From Raillietiella orientalis (taxonomy: Eukaryota): 64,000 nt of DNA. A program made the position numbers and the translations under genes. This document shows, one piece after another, positions 1 to 13,293 of this stretch (the stretch's first letter is position 1; each line of letters begins with the position of its first letter). The notes beneath the pieces were generated by a model. The model made no database searches. It was given only the letters and a program-made list of their open reading frames with translations, and was not told the DNA's origin. The stretch lies in contig JAYWIR010000029.1 in NCBI GenBank assembly GCA_036172245.1, positions 682,001 through 746,000 on the forward strand. The letters are read 5' to 3'.

Positions 1-2936
1 CTTCCTGGAGGAGATTCATCCTCCCCCCCGTCTCCGACCTCTCGGTGGGAAAGGGCCAGACGAGAGGATAAGGGAAATGTCCTTCCTTCCTTCCTTTCCT
101 CTGAGGAGTCCCTCTTCCGGACCAGCTGCATCCCCGGGTGTGAAAGTCCAGGCGGGATACACGCTTTTGCTGAAGGAACGGCATGCCTCCCGGAAAGAGG
201 CATCTGGCGCGATCCCGTGGAGATCGCCTGTTTGCTTTTCTCCGGGACGGGTGCTAGAGCGCGCTCCTCGAGGAGGAACGTCCCGAGACAAGAGCCGACC
301 CCGTGCCCGGAAGAAGATTTTGCAGGGAAGCGGAAGCGACCCACGTCTTCCGACAGGCTCTCAGGAGGAGAGTGGAAGTAGGGGAGAGCCCCCCAAAGGG
401 AGGCGAGAGGGAGGATCTTGCCTGGGTCATGGTCTTACCGGGAAGAACTGGGAGATCGGTCTGAGGGAACGAGGGGGATCGGAAGATCGATCTCCTGAGA
501 GGAAGGAAGGAGGGAAGAAATCTTCTAGGGAGTCACGTGACGTCCCGGCGTTTCCGTCACTCCCGAACGTTTGACAGCCCGAGCGGGAATGCCGCTACGT
601 AATGGGAACGGGCTGATGAGACGCGCCGACACGAGGGCCGGGAATCCCAATTAGAGGAGTCCAGGAACACCCATGCTGCCGCTCGCTTCAATCAGCGCGA
701 CGATCAAGGAGATTTCCGGGAGTCTTCCTGCTTCGGGAATCGTGATCCTTGTTGCTCTTCCCGAGCAGGCGATAACGAGGAACTTGGAGAGCGAATTCCC
801 GGACGAGGTCCCGGAATACGCCCTGTGAAAAGAGGAGGGAGAAAGGAAGAGGAAGAAGAAGAAAAAAAATGCGCGTGATTTTTCTTTCTTGCTTTTGGCA
901 TCCCTGCCGTAATGAGGCGCGGCCCACGAGGGAGGGAGCAGCGTCTCGCCGGCCAGCGCATCTCGCGCGTTCCCGAAACTCCGCTTCCCGGTGGGATGAG
1001 GAGGGAGGGAGAGAGCTCAGGGAACGGCGAGAGAAGGTAGGAGGAGGAACCCGGTGAAGGTAGCGCAGCATCCGAGAGGGAGGGAGGGAGGAAACGGCAG
1101 GAGCTTGGAATCAGGGAGGGCGAGGGGGAGGAGCAGGAGAAGTATGAAGCTAGCGTTAGGGGGATGGGGTGAGGTTCGGTCTGGACGGAAGCAGTGAGAC
1201 AGAAACTTCCCTCTTAGCCCCATCCCTTGCTCTCCTCCCTGCCCGTGTCCTCGGCGGTTCGCTACTGCTCGTCCTTCTCCTCCTCCCCGTCCCTCCCTCT
1301 ATCTCCTCTTCCAGGGATCACCGTACTCTTCTCTGGACTGGAGAGCGCCAGGTCTTCCCACGGAACAGGCCATACGATGGTGTGTCTTCCCGCCTTCCCG
1401 CTCCTTGTTCCCGCACAGGTGCTCAAAGGGGATCCGAAGCGAAACTCCACCCCAGGGACCTCCCTGCACTCGTAAACCAAGGGCATGAGCCTTTGCCTGT
1501 TCTCCACTTTTCGTTCTCCAGTGGCTTAGTCGTTCGGCTCGCTCATAGGAGTCCACGAGGTCATTCCCCCAGGCACGCACGCACGCACGCACACGCTGAC
1601 CTCCGCGTGCACACACATATACATGTGCATGCGGAGGTCCGTGTGTCTTCGAAACCGCACGGAGAGTGTGTAGAGGTGAAACCCATTGCTCCTCCTCTAG
1701 AGAAAATCTCGTTCTCTTCCCTCCGGTTCAGCCACCAGCGCAGAGGAACACGAGTAGAGCTTACAGTAGCCCGCTTTGAAAATCATCGGTGCTCCCTGGC
1801 CAATCTGGCGCTTCCATCTGCAGGAACCGAGAAGGATATCAACCTGTCTCTCCTCCTTTTCCGACTATGCATCTTCCTTTTTCTTCCATTCCTTTTGGCC
1901 CACTGGCCCGCAAAGATCGTCCGTAGGGAGCGCTAAGTTGAGTCATCCATCCGAATTGGAAAATCCCCGGATACGAGACGCGCAACAAAGGAACGAGGAA
2001 AGCGAACGGCCCGCCGCTCGTCCGCAGCCCCCTCCAGAAATCCCCCCTCCAGTGGCCTTAATTAAGCAGTTTGCAGAGAGTCGGACGAAACACGCTGGAC
2101 GGCCGGGTCCTTGAGTCAACTCCGTCTCCGTTTTTAGCAGTAGCGGGCACTGGCGCGTCTACGTACGAGCTTCTCTTCTCTTGCAGCGACCCTCGCCCTC
2201 ACAACCTTTCATAAGGAAGATCTGGGGCCCCTTCCTCGCGTCCCGGCATGCCCTTGCTCTCTCTGCCTTTGATTCCCTCTCTCCCGCTTTCGCCACGGAT
2301 TCTGATATTTCGCCCCAGATTTCGATTGTATCCACCTCTTCTTGTCCAGCTGCTTTCCAAATGTTTCAACTCTCCTCTCTCGACTGGCAGACGGCCCTTC
2401 AAACTTCCTGATGGATGCAGTGGGCTCGAGTACTCAGTCTCGGACATAACGGAGATCATCCGGCTGATCATTGAGAGGAACAGGAGACAAATTGCAGGGT
2501 TTTAAGCAACAAGTTGTTTAGATGGGACATCTATTTGCATCGACGTCGTGCGATAAATTCGCCTTTCCACCATTTGCATCGAGGCGTTCAGCCTATCCAG
2601 AACCGGGATTTTATTTTCACTCCAACCCTCCATTTCAAATAAGTAACCAGGAATTTTTCCTGGAAGCAAATCCTTCCCCTTCCCCCTGTAAGTGCAAAAA
2701 ACGTGACTCCATACGGTTTACCAGACGCCAATGAATGTGGAAGGATTCAAGGATTCCTTTAACGAAGTTTCATTAATTCCCATCTGCAAGCCATAATGAA
2801 TCAGTTATGAGCTGATGCTCAAATCTCTTATCACATAATTAATGGGAAATTTCATTCAATCAAGTATCTTTTATAAAGGTCGTTAATCAGGAATTCAGAT
2901 AACCATTAGCGCCTGTTCACTGGAAGCAGGTATGAG

Positions 2937-3055
2937 CTCCAACAATGCCTTCAGCCTATGTTCATGGCATGCGAATCCGCACTCCAACAATGCCGTCAGC
3001 CTATGTTCATGGCATGCGAATCCGCACTCCAACAATGCCTTCAGCCTATGTTCAT
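2937..3055. repeat. Minisatellite, 45-bp unit, ~2.6 copies
   Basis: The unit CTCCAACAATGCC(T/G)TCAGCCTATGTTCATGGCATGCGAATCCGCA starts at 2937, 2982 and 3027. Confidence 0.92.
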
Positions 3056-6000
3056 TGCACACAGAAGCACGAAAATCAAAAAGCAGCAGAGAAGCAAGCA
3101 CATCGCAGGCAATAAATAGCGTTGCGTGCTGTGAGCAACGGATATGACACGCATCACAAATGTCGTTCCTAGAGGGAGCAGGAGTAAGCGAAATAACAAA
3201 AGTCTCATCACGAATCTCTAAGCAAACTGTCTACTCACGGAACACGGATATTCCCCGAGGATTGAAACACTTCATGCAACCGCGTCGCTGCTCCATCTAT
3301 CTTCTCTGTTTCCACGGAACATCGCGACAATTGTTCGTCTCAGCTGGCCGGGAGCATGGATGATCTTTGAACCTTAGGCAGTTCCTGAGAGAAACATTTC
3401 GCTGCATATTTCCCGAGTTCACCCACGTTCATCTCCGTTTTGACGCAGGCGGCATCCCGCACAATGATGTGTAATGGGGACGTGTTCCGCGATATTAGTC
3501 GCAATGAGGATGCTTAAAATGCAAATAAATGTCAAAAACGGGAAAGGGGACTAATGCGCGCAAAGCAAATGGCATGCAGGACTTTAATAAGAGAATCATC
3601 GGGTTAAATTAGGAAAAACCGATCGCTTCGCTCCTTGCGCAGGCAGCTTATAAGCAAGTGTGGCTTGCGAGAGAAGGGAACGCGAGTGCGAAAAGAAAAA
3701 TTGAATAGATAAGATCTAACGAGAGAGGACCTGATACGCTTGGGTGAAAGAATGTGCAAATTAGCAAAACAATCAATCATGGTTCGGGATCACGGGCGGA
3801 AAAAGAATTCGCGCTAATAAAATTAGGGAGTCCGGATCTGGAAGCGGGATCAGCATACTCGTCCGACGGTGCAGCCGTTCCACCGGTCTCTCAAGAGGCG
3901 GCTTCGAAGTAGAGAGTCAGAATGGCGAGTTTTTTCTTTAGAGCTGCCCTCTTACCCAAGCAGGACGCCAGCGGGTCCACAAGGTGACCGGTTGGGAAAG
4001 GGGATGATTCCACAGGAAGGATACTGCCGAATAGCGGCGGAAGCCCAAGGTAGAACAGCCAAAAGAGGGATGTCGAGACCGGGAGATAAAACCGGATAGC
4101 ACGGATCTGACTGGGAACGGACGCAGTCGTGCTAAGTGTTTTTTCCCCTCGACGGCATGTGGGCACACGAACACCCCTCCCTCTCTATGGATTCTCCCCA
4201 AGTTCTGAGGAGCTTCCCCTCCCCGTAGCGATTGGAGGCAGGAAAATATCTGCTCCTCAACATTCCTCAAGAGATTTCACGCCTTCCACGAGGCGATCGA
4301 GCGCAGTTTCCGAAGGTCTTCTCCTGCCTTCCATAAGCGCTTACCTTCTTTGCCTCCAGACGACTTCAGCTTGCCATTTGATTTTTCCTGGGAAGCGCTG
4401 CTTTCCTCGGACACGGTCCATGGGCTCGCGAATTCTGGAAAAGGCGAGCAGAGGTTGTTTTCTCGCCGCCCGTTACGGACTTCCATGGAGGGCTACGGGT
4501 CGCCCTGCTCAACCAAACGTTGAGACGGCACACCGAAGGACGGTGCGTTCCGGCTCCACTGGCGATAAGGATGGAAGAAGAGGACATGTCTTTTGCCCTC
4601 CGCCGCCAATCTCCCTCCATCGAATGCTCGATCCTGTCCCCCACCTCGACCTCCCGGCATCCTTGGAGAACATCTCGCTCTTCGTACGGCTACGACTTCT
4701 AGTAGATTCCTTGCAGCCCTTGCGGCGGAGAGCGAGAGTTCAAACGGCACGGTAGGTGGAAAGTCACCTCTGGGAATGAACGCCAGGCTTCTTGAGTCGC
4801 CTCGGGTGATGTTCTCTCCAACTGGAGCACTCTCGGAGATTTTGAGGGCGCTGGAAGAATAGGAGAGACGTCCGCAGAGAGTTCCCTTCTTTCCGCAGGT
4901 CACGAGAGTCCAGGAGGGACGCCGGTGGGAAGACATGAGCGTTGCCCGGAACGCTCTGGGAGAGAGAGGAGGGGAGAAGGAGTTTGCGGAAATTGCGAGG
5001 AGGCAGCGCGGCTGCTCACGACGGACGCTGGCGCGCCGAAGACCGTGATTCATGGGGATGACGTTAAAAAATAATGGGAGCGCGATCACGCGTTCGTGCA
5101 AGTCTCCGGGAACTCTTAGGGAATTCTCAGGCACGAACGGGCTGCTCGGGGATGAAGCAGGATGACAGCGCGTGACGGATTACGTAAAGACACGTGGTGC
5201 GTGCACGCTCCGGGATCCGGGAAGCGGGATCCAGGTGCTGAAACGCTCGCGCTCCTGCCTGCACCCCCTCGGCTCACGAAGTCCATCCCACGGAGCTGCT
5301 GGGCGCCGGAAGCCGGAAGAAGATGGGTGGAAAGCTACCTGAAATTGAGGCTGCCTGCACGGTCTGATGCGAGGTCCGAGCCTGGGGGTCTTCCCCCCAG
5401 CAATCGGCTCCGGACAGACGGAATCCCTCCCCAGGAGGCGAAGGACTGACAAACCCCAGCCAGCGGGAAGTCTTCTCGCTCCTCCCTCCGGGAGCGGGAG
5501 AAAAGGGGGGGGGGGACGTCACGGATCCTTCCCGCGGGGCTCAAGGAGGGGTGGGAAGGGGTGCAGGAACGATCCCGCATATCACCGCCGTCGATAGTGA
5601 ACAGACGCGGGACTCCAGCGGTGGGCATCTGATACGCAGGCTGCAGGGAAAACGTCGCCTGAGGGAACCGGGCTCCTCCAGCGGAGATGCGGAAGGGAAA
5701 AGGCATGCCTAGCTCTTCTCGGAGCTCTCTTAGTAAAGCCTTTCGATATCCATCCTGCGGGAAGGAGCAGACTTCGCTCTCGGGAGCATCCGAAGAGGAA
5801 GGAGGGAAAAGAGAAAGATCAGCGCAAGCGTCATCACGTCGCTGTCTTGGCGCCGCTCCTCCAGAACGAAGGAGGATGGTAAGGGGATGATCGCCTCGAG
5901 CCATCGGTCGGAGGTTCAGGAAACGGAGACTCTAGTCGACTCTCAAGGTGTCCCTCCCTTCAGACTGGGACTCCGGGAGCAGTGGGAGTCGGGGAGCGAC

Positions 6001-6849
6001 AGGCGCGTAGCTACCTGGCCCGGGCGCTTCGAGCTTGGCATACGGACAACCTCCTTGAGCCTCCTCGCTTCCCCTACGGAAGCCTCCCACAGTCGCTGGG
6101 AGTGGCGCCAGCTCGCGCGATCTCTGGGAGCGCATGACTGGACCCGGGGCGCGCTTTCTTCCCCTCCCTCTCATCCCCCAGCTCTGCACTCAGAGAAGGC
6201 TCCGCAGATGCAAGAGCGCCGGAAAAGGCACGAGATGCCCCATCCCGCTCGGGAAGCAGGAGTCGGGACGAAAGGAGGCCCCGGGCTGCGCGGCTGACTT
6301 CGCAGCCACTTAGTTAACCTGGCGCCTTCCCTAGATAGATCTCTTGGTGGCAGTCCATCGGGTACTCTGGGCAGACGCCTGCCGTCCCTCTCCCTTTTGG
6401 AGGCCGGCTTGACTTCTGAAGGAAACCGTTCCTCCCGTTCCCTGGGGCGGCGCCTCGAACGCCGTCTGCTGCGGCCGCGTTCCAAAAATGGAAGGAGGGA
6501 AGGGGGGAGTTGCATTGCCCCGGGGCCTCGGAGCGGCTCCGCACGCTGCAGAACCCTCCTGCTCCACTGCCGCCTTCCTGTCCGCTGACCCCCGGACAGG
6601 GAAACTCATCCGCTCGCTTCGAGGGAAAGGAATAGGAACAGGAGGGATCCGTGCACTCCCTAGCAGACACGGGACGCGGGAAGCCAGGAACCGCAAGCAG
6701 AAATAACGCTCTCCAAAGAAGGATTCTGGGGAACTTCGCAAACCGGGATAAAAAGGTAGCGGTCGAAGTCCCTCGGTCCACGACCCTCCTGCAGGTGGTA
6801 CCCGGCACCCAGAAAGGCAGCTCCTTCCGGAGGTGAAGGGAACGCCCTT

Positions 6850-7396
6850 GGGTAGGAGAACAAGGGGCTAGGCCGAAGCGCCAGGGTCGCCGCCGCCCGC
6901 TTAGGAAGCCCTAGGAAGGGAATCCTGGAGGATTCCCGGAAGGCGGGAAGAGGATCGCAGGAGGAGGAAGAGAAAAAGGAGGAGAAGCGGAGGACTGTCG
7001 TCTCTCGGAAGACGGGAACGTCGAAGAGAACCCGGATCATCCCGGAGAGAGATCGAGAGGGGCGAAAACTCGAGGTAAAGAGGGACCGGGAAGTTGTCGC
7101 CTTGGGGGTTTCACAATCTCACGGTCCGATTGTGAAACCCCCAAGGCGACAACTTCCCGGTCCCTCTTTACCTCGAGTTTTCGCCCCTCTCGATCTCTCT
7201 CCGGGATGATCCGGGTTCTCTTCGACGTTCCCGTCTTCCGAGAGACGACAGTCCTCCGCTTCTCCTCCTTTTTCTCTTCCTCCTCCTGCGATCCTCTTCC
7301 CGCCTTCCGGGAATCCTCCAGGATTCCCTTCCTAGGGCTTCCTAAGCGGGCGGCGGCGACCCTGGCGCTTCGGCCTAGCCCCTTGTTCTCCTACCC
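6850..7396. repeat. Perfect inverted repeat, 269-bp arms with a 9-nt spacer
   Basis: 6850-7118 is the reverse complement of 7128-7396; the spacer is TCACGGTCC. The ORF track shows identical translations on opposite strands (7040 minus, 7206 plus). Confidence 0.97.
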
Positions 7397-8889
7397 CTCT
7401 TCCATCGCCGAACTGAGGCTTCCAGCCCGGGGGTCGCCGCAGGTCCAGGAGCCCGCAGCAGACCACAGAGGTTGGCGTGGGACCCTCGCTAGCTTCCTGT
7501 CCGGCAGAGGGTTAGGAACTTCCCCTTCCCACTTCTGGGATTTTCCTTCCACCGTTTGACTGAAGACAGGGCCTCCCGACTGCGGCGAGAGGAGTGTCGC
7601 CTCCGTTACGGCTCCAGGAATCGCACGGCGTCCCCTCCGGCAGCTTTGCTCTCGCGAGAAGAGGCGTCTGATCTTCCTGTCGGAGGAGTCCCCGGACGGC
7701 GCTTTCCTAAGGGAGCGAAAGGTACAGCGCGTGTCTTCCCACTCCGGGCCGACCGCGGAAGCCTCCGGGATCCCGCCCGCCCAAGTTGAGCGCGCGCCGC
7801 TTCGCGCCCGCGTGGGTGGCCGCCTCTTCCCGGTTTTCCGAATCCCTGAGCGCGCGCGTTCCCGACGAGGCGGATCGAGGATCCCTGATCCTCGCCGGCA
7901 GCGGCGCCGCCTGCGTCCGAAGCGAAAGCAGCGCGACCCTTCCTCCTCCGGTCAGCTGGGAGTCGGTGGCAGGGGCTCTCCGCGGGGGGGTCACATGACC
8001 AGGCCGGCACGCACCCGTGCATCGCGTCCTCTCCACAAGCCGGCGAGAATGCTTCTGCGCGTTTGCGGGAAAGTGGGCGCGTGCGTGCGTTTACGGAGCC
8101 TGTGCCCCCGAGCCAACCTCCGCGACGCGCGCGCACAGGCTCCTCGCCTCGGGCTGCCCTGGCTCAGGAGGACCTCCGCGTCCTCGCGGCGCCGGCTTCC
8201 GTCCCCCCGAGCGGAAAACCTGCCCCGGAAGCCGACCCGCCCGCCCGCCGCGTTCCTCCCGCGCTTCCGGTGGCCCCCTCGACCGCCACCGAGGTCCACG
8301 GGCAGGAAGGAGGCCTCGAAGAGCGGCACGCCCTCCCGCAGATCGATCCGCGGAGCGATGTTCCTCCCGACGCCGAACCACCAGCCAGCCCGCGGCAATG
8401 TCGGGTTCTCTCGGGCTCCCGGGAAATGGAGACGGCGCCATCCTCCCACCCGCGAATCCCGCTCCCTCTCGAGGTCACCTCGCTGCTTAGGACGCACCAT
8501 CAGAGGTGTGCGCCAGTTGGAGAGGGAGGAGAAAAGGGATGGGAGGAGGGGGTTGCCGTGTTTTTTTTGTTTTTTTTCCTCCGGCCTCGGCGCTCCTTCT
8601 CCCCACGGTCAGGGAGGCTGCAAAGCCCGGACCCACAGGCGGGACTATCGGCTGCACAGTGACAGGAAGAAGCCTTCGGCCATTTTGACTCATCACGAGG
8701 CTGTCGCTTGGAGCAGCGGAGGCGGGCGGCGCGTCCGTCCGAACCTCTCTCTGGACCTCGTCGCCCTGGAAGCCTGTGGCGTATTCTCTTCCTACGGAGT
8801 CAAACTCCTTCCATCCTCTGGCAGCGGATCGCATGCCCAACGGCCCACGTGCGCCCCAATCTCACAAGATCTCACAATTCTACAAGATC

Positions 8890-9220
8890 CGCAAGTGTAT
8901 AAAAAACATACACAGCACCATACACGTATGTTGCAAATTAATATATGTGTATATACATTGATGTACATTGATATGGATGTAAGTTATGGAGAAAATCTTC
9001 CGAATGCTCGTCGTTCGTACATGCGTTCATGGATACATATGTTTTGTATACGTGCATTGTTCTAGTTTCAGTACACGTACCTACCTCGGCGGTACGTATA
9101 CTAAAACGAGAGCGATGCACGTATACAGGCACACATGCGTGCACGTTTCGAACTGCCACACGCATGCACTCCGTGTGTTCATGTGTGCTGCTACTGCATT
9201 TTATCACTTTTACCCATAAA
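8890..9220. repeat. Degenerate CA/TA/TG low-complexity island
   Basis: An AT-richer stretch of alternating purine-pyrimidine sequence (ACATACACA, TATATGTGTATATAC, ACACATGCGTGCAC) within GC-rich DNA. Confidence 0.6.
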
Positions 9221-10224
9221 CAGACGCGGCTGCTGGATGTGTTCCGCGCTTGCGTGCGTTGCCAGGGTGACCGGCGAACCCGCAGGCGCCTTCGCCTCTC
9301 CTGATGCCGTGTGGCGTCCTACCGAGCAGCTGCTCTCCCGGTCGCCGCCGCGCTCTCGGCGGATCCCTGGTGAGGATCGAAGCCGCCGGAGCAGGGAACC
9401 GGGAACGCCGCCTGAACTGCAAGTCGGGAATCCGCCTGGCTTGGATGACCCGACGAGCCCTCCGCGGGCCATTCGCAAACCGCGTCTCTTCCGCTGCGCT
9501 CCAGCGAACGAAGAAGGTCAAAGCTAACGTGTAGCTTCACGCGCACATGGAAAACCCCACGCGGCGTCGTCTCGCGCACGTGGGAAACCCGCGCGCGCCG
9601 CACATGATCCAAGGCGCACGTGACCGGACTCGCGCGCGCGCACGCGGCCGAAGCGGGAACCGGCAGGGTCAGTGGGTCCACGCCTGCACAGGTTTTGGAC
9701 GAGCGGAGGTCCTGTCGGTCCCTGGAGCCGCCTCGCCCCGCGCGGAGCCGGGAGTTGCGGTGGTACCGTCCGGCGCCGCACGCGCTAAACAAACCGGAAA
9801 GGCAGCCGCTCGCGTGAGCCTAGAGGAAAGGGGGGAGGGAGGGGGGGGCGGTTGCGCGGTCAGCAGAGGTTACCCCTCCCCGTTCGCGAGGCTGGGACCG
9901 CGCGTCCGACGCTAATTGAAAAGTCAAGCCAGCGCTCCCGACGCAACGCGATCCCGCAGTTCCCGAAAGGAGCGGCTGCCCTAATTGGGCGGGCGACCCT
10001 CATGGGCGCACCGGTGGATACGAAGCGGATCGCAAACGCATTGTCTGCCAGCGAAGGTTCGCGCCCCGCCGCTTCCAGGACGCGATCGGACGGGATCCGG
10101 TTTCTTCCATTCAGCCTCACCGGGGAAAGGGCGCGGCAAGCTGCACGCCGGGAAGAGGAGGGGGAGGAGTGCTCGCACGCGTCCCCGCATTCCCGGAAGG
10201 GGGGGGAGGGAAACGCGACTCTTC

Positions 10225-11700
10225 GGTTTCCCAATTTCGCTGGAGGGCCGTTCCCCCGAAGGGAAGCAGCGCGCTTCTTGGCACTCTGAAGAGCTGTCAG
10301 TTCCCCGGCTCCATGGAACTCGATGGAGGGACCCCCACCCCCAGGGGAGAGGCCGGCTCCGTTTTCATGACCAAAATGGAACCCCGAAGGACTCCCTGAT
10401 TCCTGGAAGGGATCCCGGAGGTCCGCCACCAATCCCAGCTGGTCAACGGGGGCGTCCGGTTTCCACCAGTGCGGCCCCGCGAACGGTAGTGCCTGGTTGC
10501 AGGAAACCGTTCGCACGCGGGCGAGGATTCAGGAGCCAAGCGCGGAACAGGAGCGACGTTTCCTTTACACGCGCAACTGCACGCTCCAGGAGATCCTGGA
10601 AGATCCCGCGAAGAATGCATGGGCAAACAGAACCTCCCTCGCCGCTGCGCTGCCCTCTCTTAGGGATCATATGGGCAGCAACCTTGCGGCTAACTGGGAG
10701 GTTACTATGGATATGTCCGGAAGGTGAAGAGGACTGGGCGAGTGGACGATGGGCCAGCTCACTGACGCTGCGGCCCCGAGTGCTCGGCCTCGTGGACTTT
10801 TGTGCTGTGGTATGCTACTGGGTATTCGGGAGGAAGACCTGCAGTGGCCTCCCGGTGCCCATGAACACCCGCACTCTCCCCTTAAAGTGGCAGGGGTCGC
10901 ATTGATGCTGCTGCATTGGGGCCTCCTGTGCAACGTCCTCCGGCGTCTGTGGACACGGAGGTGTGAACCCAAACTGTGCAAGGTGCGGGGAGCGGAAATC
11001 CTTCCCTAACCCCTGGTATACTGTATTGCCCTCCGGCCCCTTTGGGGACGCTTGGCCACGACCCTTGGAACCCCTGGCGGTAACGCCAGAGACGTCGTAC
11101 AGCACCTCTTCCTGTTCGATACCCTCTCGCCGGCCGCATCCTTAGCAGCACTGTGCTGCCTACGCGGGATCATGGCCTCATGGAACAACGCCAGAGGCCA
11201 GAACGGTAGGGACGACATCCATTTTGCTGTCCTCTTCATGAGGACAGCGTCAAGATGGCTCCATCTGGGAACCATAAAACAGGAACTTGCCGGCATCCTT
11301 ACAAGGATTCAGCGGACGCCCTCCAACACCCAGTGATCCCTTCCCGAATCCCCCCCCCCCCCTTTTGACTGCAGTTTTTTGTTTTGTTTTCCTCTTTTTG
11401 TTTGCCTTCCCTTCCCTTGTGCTGCCGAGGCGCATCCCGCTGGCCTGCGTGCCAGATCCTGGCAGGTTCCTGCTCGTATTCGTAAGTAACGTGGCGGGAT
11501 CAAACGTCCTGCCACAGACATATAGGTTTGTTTTATAAATAAACTCCCCGGTGTCAACCAGTGCCGCATCCGATGCAAACAGGGTCCAACAAGCGTCATC
11601 TTGAGGGGGGAATCGGAAGCCCCCCTTTCCGATGCCTACCCTTCCCCGGGTGGGATTCGAACCCGCGGCGCGTGGGTGCCACAGCCTCGGTTTCGAGCTC
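10225..11700 (-). repeat. tRNA-headed dispersed repeat, copy A, interrupted by a ~1.08-kb antisense L1/Tx1-like fragment
   Basis: The minus-strand head GCGGGTTCGAATCCCACCCGGGGAAGG (~11667-11640) is identical to copy C. The body CCGGACGCCCCCGTTGACC...CAGAGTGCCAAGAAGCGCGCTGCTTC...GAAATTGGGAA lies at ~10459-10227. Confidence 0.65.
10473..11547 (+). mobile_element. 3' fragment of an L1/Tx1-like non-LTR retrotransposon (zinc-knuckle C-terminus plus 3' UTR)
   Basis: The broken frame reads LMLLHWGLLCN...CKVRG...CIALRPLWGRLATTLG...LAALCCLRGIMASWNNARGQ, then a stop, a T-rich UTR and AATAAA (11538-11543). It is clearly homologous to 28330-28530 and 28690-29358. Confidence 0.6.
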
Positions 11701-13220
11701 GTCAGGAGGCCGCGGTGCACCTTTGGGAGGCCAACGCGGCGGGCAGAGTTCAGCATTTTCCGGGGTAAAAGCTCCGGGGATCGGGTGAAGGTGGGAGCAT
11801 TCCGCTGACGCCGCGGCAAGGGGCGATCCTCGAAATTCTTCCAGGGAGCTTCGACGGGACGCGCTCGCTCTCGGGGGAGTCCCGTCCTCCCAGAGGAACA
11901 GAAAGCGTCCGACTGGAAGGTCATCCTCCGAAACGCACCGTCTCGCGCGCGCATCGGGGGACCGCGCTAACGAGCGGAGGAGGAAACGCCCACCGGATAG
12001 AAGCGAGCTGGACCCCGGGATGATGAGAGATCCCGAGAACCGGTTGCTCCGCCCGCGATAGGGATCCCGGCTCACTCCCGGGCAGCTCCCGAGAGCACCT
12101 CTGCGGCGCGCACAGCGACAGGTGTCAGGCAGCGGGCCTGCTCGAAACCAAACCGGGAAGGCGGAAAAATCCCGCGGAACGCGCGCGGAGAGGGGGCGGG
12201 ATGAATTCTCTGCGACCGGGAACGGCTGTGACCAAGCTGCTGCCCCCTTCCTCCTGTGTACTTCTTTGCTCGCCGAACGCTCCCGGTCCGCGCGTTCCGG
12301 GAAGTCCGCGGGGGCGGAACGAAGCAGAGAGGAGGAAAGGGGTGGGAAGGCAGAACTTTCTTCTCCCCGCTCGCGAAGGTTGGAAAGGGGGGGGGGGCGA
12401 TCCCGGTTCGGGGGGAACGCTGCGGCGTGCTCCTCCCGCGAACTCGCGCTTCCCATGTTCCAGTTCGCGCTGCCTTTCATCCGTCGGGACTTTTCCCGCC
12501 TCGCTCCTAACCCGTCCGTTAGGCGAACAAAGGGGAGCCGTGCTGGTGCCACTCACGGAGGTGTGGTGCAATCTTGAGGAGGAGAGCGCCGCGGCGTTTT
12601 CCTCACAGCGTGAGTCGCATGAAACAAAAAGCCGCCGCTGCTGCCGCCTCGCGGAGTCGCACGCACGCGAAAGGGAACGGAGTCCCGCCGGGCGTCGAGA
12701 AATTATGCAAAACAAAAGGAAATTTTTCTGGAGGGATCGAAGCCTGAGAATCCTGTTCCCCCCCCCCCCTTCCTTCTTCTCACCTCCCGCGCTCTCTCTC
12801 TCTCCTCTCTGATAATGCGCGCCTTCTCTTCCTGGACCTTCAGCAGGAAAGCATCGCTCCGGAGAGAATTTTCTCTAAGAGGAGGAGCAGCAGCAAACCC
12901 CCCGTCCAGGTAGGGCCAGCGCTGAGTGGGAAAAAAGAAACCCTACGGAAACCCGTCGCTCTCCAAGCTGGGTTTCAGTGCATCAGCACCGCTCGCGTGA
13001 GAATGGGGAAGAGCGTCATCGTCATCTCGCCCGCCGCGCCACACGGAACCCTCGACTGACGGAGCGCAGTGCGGACTGCAGACTGCGGCGGAAAACCGGC
13101 AGCGTCGAGTCTTTCCCCTCCCCTTGCCCCCCCCCCCCTCGATCGAGCGCATGCGCTCGCGGAGGGGGGGAGGAAGCGGCACATCCGTGAGCCTCGCTGT
13201 ACGCCGAGTCAAAACACGAA

Positions 13221-13293
13221 TGCCTCCTGTGAGGTTCGAACTCACGACCCCCAGTTTACGAGACTGGTGCTCCTACCACTGAGCTAAGGAGGC
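13221..13293 (-). tRNA. tRNA-Thr (anticodon CGT)
   Basis: The minus strand reads GCCTCCTTAGCTCAGTGGTAGGAGCACCAGTCTCGTAAACTGGGGGTCGTGAGTTCGAACCTCACAGGAGGCA. It has a 7-bp acceptor stem GCCTCCT/AGGAGGC, D-stem GCTC/GAGC, anticodon stem CCAGT/ACTGG with loop CT-CGT-AA, and T-arm GTGAG-TTCGAAC-CTCAC. A TTTT run follows a few bases downstream. Confidence 0.93.

Noticed and set aside
2937..3055. CRISPR-like array
   Set aside because: The units are head-to-tail with no unique spacers, the context is eukaryotic and there are no cas genes; it is a minisatellite.
8640..8880. Possible RLE-type retroelement C-terminus (LVALEACGVFSSYG)
   Set aside because: The resemblance is too short and weak to support a call.
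11640..11740. Additional tRNA genes at ~11.65, ~27.0 and ~30.95 kb
   Set aside because: Only T-arm/B-box motifs are present and no cloverleaf can be folded; they are treated as repeat heads.
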